From a candidate division FCPU426 bacterium (GTDB lineage Bacteria > Oederibacteriota > JAAXVQ01 > JAUVAV01), in NCBI GenBank assembly GCA_030637655.1, contig DAOWGI010000111.1:1-21888 (forward strand): a stretch of DNA of 21,888 bases. Reading direction: 5' to 3'. The notes under the pieces are model-generated. The model saw only the letters and a program-made list of their open reading frames with translations. It did not search any database and had not been told where the DNA came from. This document shows positions 9,180 to 16,979 of this stretch, in pieces (position 1 is the first letter of the stretch; each line of letters begins with the position of its first letter). The position numbers and the translations under genes were made by a program.

Positions 9180-9899
9180 TTATGCTCCTTCACCACCCTC
9201 TTTTTGCTGTGCGGATTTTAAAATCTTGCCGGCAATTCTGGTCGCAAACAGAGCCACCATAACAGTGGCTGCCAATCCAATCCAAAAGAAAACCTGTTTA
9301 CCCACACCACCTTGCAGATTCCCGGCTGCCAGATCCGTTAAGGATCTGGCAGCCGATCCAAAATACACATACATAATCGTGCCTGGCAGCATGCCCAACC
9401 AGGACGCAAAAAAGTATTTCCGAAAAGATACTTTAGTTAAACCCAAAGCATAATTCAATAAACTAAAGGGAAAGATCGGGCTCATCCGCAGTAGTAATAC
9501 CAACTTGAATCCTTCCTTGCCGACAGCTTCATCAATGGCGGCAAATTTTTTGTTGCCTGCCACTTTCTCGTCAATCCATTTTCTGGCCAATGTTCTTCCT
9601 ACCAAAAATGCAGTCGCTGCTCCCAAGGTCGATCCAACAGAACTCGTAATGGTTCCAAGCCCTACCCCAAAGAGAAAGCCTGAACCTATGGCAATAAGCG
9701 ACCGTGGGACAAACAACACACAGGCCAGCAAATATGCAGCTGCCACCACCAGTGGTCCGATAGCGCCCAAGCTTTTGGTCCACTCCAATAATGCTGCCAG
9801 GTACTCCTTGCTTGGCAAAAAAACGATCATACTGATCACTACCGCTGCAATTGTTAAAAGTACAAGTGCTTTTATTATTTTATTTGCTTTGCTGCTCAT
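9180..9899 (-). CDS. TVP38/TMEM64 (DedA/VTT) family membrane protein
   Basis: GFLFG...GSTLGATAAFLVGR, LLLRMSPIFPF.LLNY..GLT, GMLPGT..YVY.G. Start re-assigned to ATG 9899 (MSSKANK) after AGGAGG. Confidence 0.92.
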   Translation of the reverse strand: MSSKANKIIKALVLLTIAAVVISMIVFLPSKEYLAALLEWTKSLGAIGPLVVAAAYLLACVLFVPRSLIAIGSGFLFGVGLGTITSSVGSTLGAATAFLVGRTLARKWIDEKVAGNKKFAAIDEAVGKEGFKLVLLLRMSPIFPFSLLNYALGLTKVSFRKYFFASWLGMLPGTIMYVYFGSAARSLTDLAAGNLQGGVGKQVFFWIGLAATVMVALFATRIAGKILKSAQQKEGGEGA

Positions 9900-9915
9900 A
9901 ATTACTGTCCTCCTG

Positions 9916-9984
9916 GCAGACCATCGCCATGTGTGTTTTAGGCTCACTGTATTTTGCCCGTAACATTTTATGCTCAATAGCATC
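9916..9984 (-). pseudogene. Internal fragment of a DUF547-domain gene
   Basis: A frame not in the ORF track reads DAIEHKMLRAKYSEPKTHMAMVC, matching the DUF547 core L-D-x-I-E-H-x-I-L-R...[DE]-P-R-I-H-x-A-L-x-C. Confidence 0.65.
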
Positions 9985-10478
9985 CCTGGTCTGCGCCGGA
10001 ACGTAGAAACTGCCTTATCTTAGCCGTTTGTTCAGTATAATGCGAGTGAAATTTGCACATTACCAAGGTGCCTTTGAAGCGCGATTCTTTTCCCTTGAGC
10101 CCCGTCACCAAGTCCTAATGCTTCCCCTGTTTTCCAGGCAGATATCACTTTTTTTATATATAAAAAAGGCTTTAATTATAATAATATAGTCAACTTTATT
10201 GTAGTTAATTTGTAATTTATTGGATTTATGTTATAATTATATTATGTTTAAATATAAAAAAGAAATTATATTGATCATAGGATATTTTCTTTTTTTGCCT
10301 TCCTCTTCGCCGGCGATCGGGCCGGAAGGATGGGACACCATCCCGCTGGTTGCATAGGAAGATATCCTTGGTCCGGTAAAAGACCATGTTGGATTTGTCA
10401 TTACGTCGCAAATGGATTGTAATAGCAGACAGTCGCGAGCTCAACTGCGATATTACGGCAGAAAGGCGAATAGATCCC

Positions 10479-12218
10479 ATGAAACTTGCCATAATGTTCT
10501 ACCGAAACATTGCTTATGCGTTATTGCTCCTTTTCCTGACCGTTGGCACCGCCCGAGCGGACGGTGACGCAGGTACTCAAGGCCCGTTCAGCTTCGGGGT
10601 GGACTCCCGGGCCATCGCCCTGGGGAGTGCTTACACCGGCGTGGCCGAGGACGCCAGCGCTGTCTACTGGAATCCCGGCGGGTTAGGCTTTTTGGGGCAA
10701 ATAGAAGTCGCTTCCCTTTATGTCCCGCTTTACGAGAGTACGGACTACGGTTTTTTTTCCTTGGTCTATCCCATTCAAAATTTCGGGGTTCTAGGATTAG
10801 GATTCATGGCCCTCAATACCGTTGATATCCCAAAAACCGATGAATTCGACAATGCCTTGGGTTCATTCTCCGACTTGCAAATGCAACTATTGTTCTCCTA
10901 CGCCAACGTGTGGTGGAAAAACATCGCGGCCGGCGTTAATCTGAAACTTCATTATCACCGCCTTGATTCATTCACAGGCATTGGCTTTGGGGCGGATCTC
11001 GGTATTTTCTATCTCGCCGATAAATTTGTGCCTGGACTTAGTCTGGGACTCATGGCTACTAACGCCTGGCGCCCACAAATCACACTGGTCTCGGAGCCGG
11101 ATGTGTATCCGATTAATTTTCGGTTGGGCAGCGCATATCGCCTGGGACTTGATAAACCGGGCAACCATAAACTTTTGCTGAGCGTGGAGGTTGACAAATC
11201 CGAGTATACGGATTTCAAATTGCATGCCGGGCTGGAATATCAGATATATCAAATTGGCTCGTTACGCGGCGGCTGGGACCAAGACCATGCGGTCTTGGGC
11301 GTAGGACTAACCTACTTGGACGGGAGGCTGGACTACGCCCTGAGCTTACAGTCTGACCTCGGTCACCTTCATTTGTTCACGGTGGGTTGGCGTTTCGGCA
11401 AATCACTGACCGAGAGCGCTCTGCAGCAACGGCAGAAAATTCTGGCTGAGCTCAAACACAGTATGTGCCGTGAATATTATGCGGCCGGACTGGCCTATTT
11501 AAAACAGAACAAGTACAAGCGGGCCATGGAGGAATTCGAAAAAGCCCTAAGCTGGATTGAAGAATCTCCCGTGATATCCAAAAATTATAATCTGGCCCAA
11601 AAAAAATGGACCCATCAGGAGGCCACGAAAAAATATCAGGAAGGCCATCGTTACTACGATCGTAAAGCCTACGTGGATGCGTTGTTGGCCTGGCGGGAAA
11701 CCGCTGATCTCAATCCTAAATACCCGGGGATTAAAAAAAATATTGCTAAAGTAAAGGCGCGTATGAAAAAACAGTTGGCGCGCAAGCCCAAGAAAAGCAA
11801 ACGTCCGCAAAAAAGCCGGCGCTCGCAAATAAACCAGCGTAATCAGGACCTTTTGAACCAGGGTATGGCCCATTATTTGGATGAAAACTACTCCCTGGCT
11901 ATTGATAAGTGGCAGGCAGCATTGAAACTGAATCCCAATCAACCCCTGGTCAAGAAGTATCTGGACAAAGTTCAGTCGCGGAAAGCGCCCACCAAAGTGC
12001 TGATGGATCTCACGCCGACAGCCCGTCAGCGTATTAGGCGGGAAATTGACAAAAAGTACAAAAAGGGCCTTTTGCTATATCGCAAGCGGGATTTTACCCC
12101 GGCTCTTAGCCAGTGGCGCAGCGTGCTTGAGCAGGACCCTGATCACGTTGGGGCGCGGCATGGTGTGGAACGTATCGAGGCGATTCTGTCTGCTTTTGAG
12201 AAGCACGGCCTACAGTAA
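10479..12218 (+). CDS. PorV/PorQ-like outer-membrane beta-barrel protein with C-terminal TPR repeats
   Basis: Signal peptide ending ARA-D; GVDSRAIALGSAYTGVAEDASAVYWNPGGL; GFGADLG; GLEY...LRGG...LDYA barrel strands; TPR-like helices (AMEEFEKAL, ALLAWRET, AIDKWQAALKLNP, ALSQWRSVLEQDP). Start probably ATG 10479 or 10494 rather than 10386. Confidence 0.85.
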   Translation: MKLAIMFYRNIAYALLLLFLTVGTARADGDAGTQGPFSFGVDSRAIALGSAYTGVAEDASAVYWNPGGLGFLGQIEVASLYVPLYESTDYGFFSLVYPIQNFGVLGLGFMALNTVDIPKTDEFDNALGSFSDLQMQLLFSYANVWWKNIAAGVNLKLHYHRLDSFTGIGFGADLGIFYLADKFVPGLSLGLMATNAWRPQITLVSEPDVYPINFRLGSAYRLGLDKPGNHKLLLSVEVDKSEYTDFKLHAGLEYQIYQIGSLRGGWDQDHAVLGVGLTYLDGRLDYALSLQSDLGHLHLFTVGWRFGKSLTESALQQRQKILAELKHSMCREYYAAGLAYLKQNKYKRAMEEFEKALSWIEESPVISKNYNLAQKKWTHQEATKKYQEGHRYYDRKAYVDALLAWRETADLNPKYPGIKKNIAKVKARMKKQLARKPKKSKRPQKSRRSQINQRNQDLLNQGMAHYLDENYSLAIDKWQAALKLNPNQPLVKKYLDKVQSRKAPTKVLMDLTPTARQRIRREIDKKYKKGLLLYRKRDFTPALSQWRSVLEQDPDHVGARHGVERIEAILSAFEKHGLQ

Positions 12219-12249
12219 ATATCGTTGGTTATATTCGTATAATGCATTG

Positions 12250-12295
12250 CAAAACAAAGGATCCCCGCACTGAAGTGCGGGGATGCTTTGTTTTG
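12250..12295. terminator. Probable bidirectional intrinsic terminator built on a GC-rich palindrome
   Basis: CAAAACAAAG-g-ATCCCCGCAC-tgaa-GTGCGGGGAT-g-CTTTGTTTTG; T-rich tails on both strands; between convergent genes. Confidence 0.8.
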
Positions 12296-12390
12296 GCTTC
12301 TCGGCTCTTCCACTAACTGCAGACCATCATGAATCGCATTGAAAAGGAAGTGGCAACCATAACGATTTGACCCCTTGCTGCCTGTAACAA

Positions 12391-14922
12391 CTACCGAACA
12401 AGTGATATTTTCCGCTTTAAGGTTTGCGATTTTCCATTGGTATAATTAACCTTAAGTAGCAGCAAATAGGTCCCGCTTTTCACATGATAACCGAGCTCGT
12501 TTTTACCATCCCATAGATCTTCTTGATGCCGGCCGCTCTCCTTAGGCGCACAATCCAGCAGCATGCGCACACGACGCCCGGTAAGCGTCCAGACCGAAAG
12601 ACTGACTTTTGCCTGACTTTCCAGGTGATAACCAATTCGTGTTCCTTGATGGCGTCGGAAAGGATTGGGAAAATTGCTATAACTATGCTTAAGTTCTGTT
12701 GTTTTGATAGCCAAAGCCGGCGAGCTCAAGGGAAAACCGCCGGCTTGCTGGGTATTTAATGCAATCCAACTTCTGGTATTATCGAAAATCGAATTTTCCT
12801 TTTCCAGGTATAGGGAAATACTACTGGTCTTTATCTCTTCCTCTTTAAGCAAGTCAAGAGCGATAACATAATTATAGGTCAGAGTCTGTTCCAGGACCTG
12901 ATCAATCTCGAATTGAAGCTCTATATATTCGTTGTTAGTGCTCCAGACGCCGGCAGTATCCGGGAAATATATTCGGGAGATAACCGTATTAGGGTCTAAC
13001 ACCGAACCTTCCACATTTTTCAGATAGAGACGGATTTTTCTAATTATGAAGGGTTCAGCCCGTTGATTGCAGATCTGTAACTGCGCGATCCGGACTGCGC
13101 TCTGGCCTGCAAAAAGCGGGTAAGTAATAAGCGGAAACAGTTTGACAGTGAGATTTTCCATAAGTTCCAGAATCTGAAAAGAAGGATTGACAATTTGTTC
13201 GATTGGAAGCTGAGCATTACTATCAAAATACACGCTTCCCGGCTCAAAACCAAACTGGCAAATTCTGCGGGGAGTAAGTTTTCCGGAAAGATCAATCGTA
13301 AAAATAAGGTGTTGGCCGTTTTTGAGCTTACCGGGCGAAAAACCAGTTGAGGTCTGCCAGGTTTTTCCGTCTAAAACACGCATTTCGTCTAATAAAATTG
13401 CCGTGGCGGAATTGTACTCTAAATCATTACTTAAATACATCCGTACCCGGGAAATATCACTTTCCGCAACTGCATCTCCAAAGTTCTTTATTTGCAAGGC
13501 TGTCAGATTATCGTAGCCGGTAGCACTTAGTTGGCACACCAAAACAGGTTTATCAAGTTCATTGCTTCGCAGAATAGTAGACGTCAGATAAGCGGGGGAT
13601 AATCGGGTGGCAAGATTAATTTTCATTGCCCAAACATCTTTATCAGTACCATTATCCGCAGTCCAGAAAACAATCGCCCGACCGGTATTATCCGGAACAG
13701 CAATATGGGGATCAGCCACAGTCATAGTGGGAGTTACACTAATGGGCTCACCATTTACTGCCAGTAGTTCCCGGCCGTCTGTATCCAGTTGCTGATGATA
13801 GAGTTGGTATTTTGCGCTTCTCCGGTCCCGCCAAATGATGCCCAGAGTTCTGTCTGAGAATACCACCGGTACGGGTAATTCCTGATCCTCAACAATATTC
13901 GTAATTTGTTTATTGCTGCTTCCCCAAGGCAAGGAACCATCATAATTTATTCGCTGGGCAAAAACATCATTACTTATAGAATTACTGTGACAGGTTAATA
14001 GGGTATGGCCTTCTGGGGAGACTGACATAGCAACATTTTGATAAGAACCACTCTGGAGAGCCACTCCCGCAGGCCCCCACAACTCATTTCCATTGGCATC
14101 TATGCGCTGAACTAGTGAGGAAGGACTATTGTTTAAATATATAACTGCGCCTTTTTGCCGATCACTATGCGATATAAAATCTGATCCCGAAAAATTAGCG
14201 CATACAGTTTTGGCATTTGGCCAAACTACAGTTCCTGCCTCAACTTTTCGGACAAAATGCTGGTGACTGGGAAAAATTTTCCAAAAAATCAAAACTTTAT
14301 CAACCTCAGACAGGACAATATCATCTAGAGAGGTCGCTGACGTTGTCATAGCAACCTCGATCCCATTCTCGCCCCACATAAGCACGCCCTGATCAGAAAC
14401 ACGTTGTACATAAATACGAGAAGGGAATTCTTCCCAAGCAAGTATTGCTCCCTTTGCACCATCTGAACAAATGTTATATTCCCAAGTGATGTTGGAGCAC
14501 TTTTTGGGAGCCGGCCAAGCCGGATTTCCCTCAGCACTGACGCGTTGGAGATACACATCTGCTTCAAATGTTCTATCCGATAACCAGGAAACTATAATGC
14601 TTCCATCTGTTGCCCGAATCATTTTATAATTTTTTATATATTCATCTTGATCTTGTGATTTAACGCACACGCCATCTTCTTGCCAAAGTTTATTGCCAGC
14701 TGAGTCATAGTGCTGAACATATAAATCAATAGTAGCTGCCGAATCATCTCGCCAGAATACAAACACACCATTCGTGCCATCAGCCAACACTTGAATTAGA
14801 TATTGATTTCCCGACCCAGCAGTAATAATTGCCCCACCTTCAGGCCAAAAAGCTAAGGTCATATGTGAAAAAAGAAGGAATGAAATACACAAATACATTA
14901 AACAAACACAACGTCTTAACAT
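12391..14922 (-). CDS. Secreted protein: N-terminal beta-propeller, central beta-sandwich domains, C-terminal FlgD-Ig/T9SS-type-A-like sorting domain
   Basis: Signal peptide (TLA-FW); about 8 repeats of DGxxGxxxxW...YxQRxxxxGxxxW; C-terminal SNFPNPF...TRIGYHL...TLTGRRVR...WDGKN..G..VKSGTY; RBS AAGGAGG. Confidence 0.85.
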   Translation of the reverse strand: MLRRCVCLMYLCISFLLFSHMTLAFWPEGGAIITAGSGNQYLIQVLADGTNGVFVFWRDDSAATIDLYVQHYDSAGNKLWQEDGVCVKSQDQDEYIKNYKMIRATDGSIIVSWLSDRTFEADVYLQRVSAEGNPAWPAPKKCSNITWEYNICSDGAKGAILAWEEFPSRIYVQRVSDQGVLMWGENGIEVAMTTSATSLDDIVLSEVDKVLIFWKIFPSHQHFVRKVEAGTVVWPNAKTVCANFSGSDFISHSDRQKGAVIYLNNSPSSLVQRIDANGNELWGPAGVALQSGSYQNVAMSVSPEGHTLLTCHSNSISNDVFAQRINYDGSLPWGSSNKQITNIVEDQELPVPVVFSDRTLGIIWRDRRSAKYQLYHQQLDTDGRELLAVNGEPISVTPTMTVADPHIAVPDNTGRAIVFWTADNGTDKDVWAMKINLATRLSPAYLTSTILRSNELDKPVLVCQLSATGYDNLTALQIKNFGDAVAESDISRVRMYLSNDLEYNSATAILLDEMRVLDGKTWQTSTGFSPGKLKNGQHLIFTIDLSGKLTPRRICQFGFEPGSVYFDSNAQLPIEQIVNPSFQILELMENLTVKLFPLITYPLFAGQSAVRIAQLQICNQRAEPFIIRKIRLYLKNVEGSVLDPNTVISRIYFPDTAGVWSTNNEYIELQFEIDQVLEQTLTYNYVIALDLLKEEEIKTSSISLYLEKENSIFDNTRSWIALNTQQAGGFPLSSPALAIKTTELKHSYSNFPNPFRRHQGTRIGYHLESQAKVSLSVWTLTGRRVRMLLDCAPKESGRHQEDLWDGKNELGYHVKSGTYLLLLKVNYTNGKSQTLKRKISLVR

Positions 14923-14940
14923 ACTTCCTCCTTATATATT

Positions 14941-14949
14941 ATTATAACA
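14941..14949 (-). promoter_or_regulatory. Extended -10 element for the 843-aa gene
   Basis: TGtTATAAT on the minus strand just upstream of the RBS; no canonical -35 at 17-bp spacing. Confidence 0.4.
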
Positions 14950-14989
14950 CATTTCTACTTTGCCTTGACATATTATGCCTTCTACAAAT

Positions 14990-15120
14990 CAAACGGGGAA
15001 TGGGAACGCGTTGATATGCTTTCTCATATCTGTCGGCCCGGGCTGTACCTAGCTCGCCACTGCCTCCTGGTTTATGGAGGCAGCATGACTGCTTAGCCAC
15101 ATTTCTTCAAATCACACCCG
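14990..15120 (-). mobile_element. Putative orphan IS110-family left end / structured non-coding RNA
   Basis: Minus strand GGTGTGATTTGAAGAAATGTGGCTAAGCAGTCATG...GCAGTGGCGAGCTAGGTACAGCCCGGGCC...CCCATTCC; stems CTGCCTCC/GGAGGCAG (15060-15083) and GATATG/CATATC (15013-15030). The resemblance to IS110 left ends is from recall, not a search. Confidence 0.4.
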
Positions 15121-15137
15121 GCCCTCTTTGCTGAGGA

Positions 15138-16316
15138 TTAAACAATATTATTTTCTCTATGCTTTTCCGAAATAGCGGCAGCCAGGTTATCCAAAGCTTT
15201 GTAATCAACCTCCGTAGGCAGGCCTTTGCACAAAACGGGTTTCAAAACCTCGACTTTAAGCTTCGGAATCATTCCTGCGAATGTTTCAACCATCTTCCCT
15301 CCCCATCCGTAAGAACCGATAATGGAGAGAAATTTTATTTTGGGACGCAAAACGTTCGCCAGGAAAACCCCGTAAGCGGCCAGGGGATGCGGTCCGCCCA
15401 GCACCGTGGGCGAGCCGACCACGACCGTTGCCGCATCAACCAGGGCCATGGCGAGTTTGCCGATATCTGTTACTGACAAATCAAACAACTCAACCCGAAT
15501 CCCCCTGTCCACCAAAGCCGAGGCCAGGCGATCGACCATACGCTTTGTGCTGGCATGCATGGACACATAGGGTAAAACGACGGTGTTGTGGGGTGGCCCG
15601 AGGACCCACTCCTGGTAGGCATCCAGAATCAGGGAAGGACGATTATAAATCTGTCCGTGGCTGGGAGCGATCATGGCAATATCATAAGGTGCGAGCTTTT
15701 CGAGATTTTTTTTAATTATGCTCCGAAAAGGCATCATGATCTCGGCATAGTAGCGTTTCGCCGCCTCGTAAACCCGGTTCTCGTCATTCACCACCAGATC
15801 GCCGGTGGCGATATGCGAGCCGAAGAAATCGCAACTAAAGAGAATACGTTCTTCTTCGAGATAGGTTACCATGGTTTCCGGCCAGTGCACCCAGGGCGTA
15901 TGAATAAACTTCAAGGTCTTGTCTCCCAGAGAAATAGTCTCGCCGTCCGCCACTGTGATAATGGCATCCTCGGAGATTCTCAGAAGATCGACGAGCATGC
16001 CTTTGGCTTTGGGAGTCGCAACCACTTTCGCTTCCGGGAACCGGTCAAGCACCCGGGGAATGGTTCCGGAATGATCCTGCTCGGCATGCTGAGAAACGAC
16101 AAAGTCTATTCTGGGCACCCCGTTAAGTTGCGTCATTAATTCTTCCGCCATAGGCGGATCAACCGTGTCGAGCAAAGCGGTTTTCTCACTTCCCTCAATC
16201 AAGTAGGCGTTGTAGGAGGTGCCGTCCGGGAGCGGAATGAGGCTGTCAAAAAGCCGCCGCTCCCAATCCTCGGCGCCCAGCCAATAAATATGATTCCTGA
16301 TTTTTCGCTTGTGCAT
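15138..16316 (-). CDS. fprA: FprA family A-type flavoprotein (flavodiiron protein, O2/NO reductase)
   Basis: GTSYNAYLI, HAEQDHSG, PWVHWPET, FSCDFFG, APSHG di-iron ligands; flavodoxin domain with YVSMHAST, GSPT, GSYGWGG. Confidence 0.93.
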   Translation of the reverse strand: MHKRKIRNHIYWLGAEDWERRLFDSLIPLPDGTSYNAYLIEGSEKTALLDTVDPPMAEELMTQLNGVPRIDFVVSQHAEQDHSGTIPRVLDRFPEAKVVATPKAKGMLVDLLRISEDAIITVADGETISLGDKTLKFIHTPWVHWPETMVTYLEEERILFSCDFFGSHIATGDLVVNDENRVYEAAKRYYAEIMMPFRSIIKKNLEKLAPYDIAMIAPSHGQIYNRPSLILDAYQEWVLGPPHNTVVLPYVSMHASTKRMVDRLASALVDRGIRVELFDLSVTDIGKLAMALVDAATVVVGSPTVLGGPHPLAAYGVFLANVLRPKIKFLSIIGSYGWGGKMVETFAGMIPKLKVEVLKPVLCKGLPTEVDYKALDNLAAAISEKHRENNIV

Positions 16317-16402
16317 TGAAAATACCTCGTTTCATTACCGTATTTGCGCGGCAAAGGTTTAATTTGGCGCCGCGGAACGTTCCCTACCGTATCTTGTCGT
16401 TT

Positions 16403-16861
16403 TCATTTCGCGTATTTCTCCGGATTCTTATCCCACGCGCTGATACAGCTCTTGCAGCATAAGTAATACGTCTTACCTTTGTATTCCCGGGTTGCTACTG
16501 CTTTTGACTTTGGAAAGGTTGTTCCCATGACCGGACAGGTTACCATTTCATCTCCGGCTTTTGCTTTGACGTCTTTCATGTCTACACATTTTTGTGATTT
16601 TTCCTGGATCTTTTTCGCTATTTCTTTATCTTTTGAGGTTATTTTAATTTCAACACCATTTTTAATATTTTTTGCTTTTACCTCCGCGCCCTCAATGTAC
16701 ATCGGACACATGCCCATATATTCTTTCATTCCTTTGGTATCACTGTGTTCGTGTTTTGTCATGCTGCCTTCATGCTTGGTACTGCTGTCGGCCAAAACCA
16801 TACTTGGCATAATTAGTGTCAGTGCTAAAATACCAGGCAGTAGGTTAAATTTTGTTTTCAT
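16403..16861 (-). CDS. Secreted YHS-domain metal-binding protein
   Basis: Signal peptide (VLA-D), His/Met-rich segment, CPM, C-terminal CPVMG...YKGKTYYLCCKSC...KNPEKY; RBS AAGGAG. Confidence 0.85.
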   Translation of the reverse strand: MKTKFNLLPGILALTLIMPSMVLADSSTKHEGSMTKHEHSDTKGMKEYMGMCPMYIEGAEVKAKNIKNGVEIKITSKDKEIAKKIQEKSQKCVDMKDVKAKAGDEMVTCPVMGTTFPKSKAVATREYKGKTYYLCCKSCISAWDKNPEKYAK

Positions 16862-16979
16862 AATTGAATTTCTCCTTTTGAAGTGTTTTTGTTTTTCTTT
16901 TCTTTTCTCAGTTCCCGTTTTTGTATCTATTCTCCCCCCTTTTTGTTTTTTTTATCCAGCGAAAACAAGCTGTTTTCTA

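Noticed and set aside
9900-9983. 28-aa N-terminal extension of the DedA ORF
   Set aside because: A strong RBS precedes ATG 9899, and the region is better explained as a DUF547 remnant in another frame.
10150-10167. Perfect 18-bp palindrome TTTTTTATATATAAAAAA in the divergent promoter region
   Set aside because: Pure A/T in a very AT-rich stretch, so it arises easily by chance; cannot be assigned as an operator.
10386-10478. N-terminal extension of the PorV-like ORF from ATG 10386
   Set aside because: No RBS, and it would push the signal peptide more than 30 residues from the start.
14965-14970. Perfect TTGACA on the plus strand
   Set aside because: No -10 at proper spacing and no plus-strand gene downstream.
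16862-16979. Purine-rich minus-strand spacer with RBS-like AAGGGGGGAG
   Set aside because: No start codon or ORF follows; treated as low-complexity spacer.
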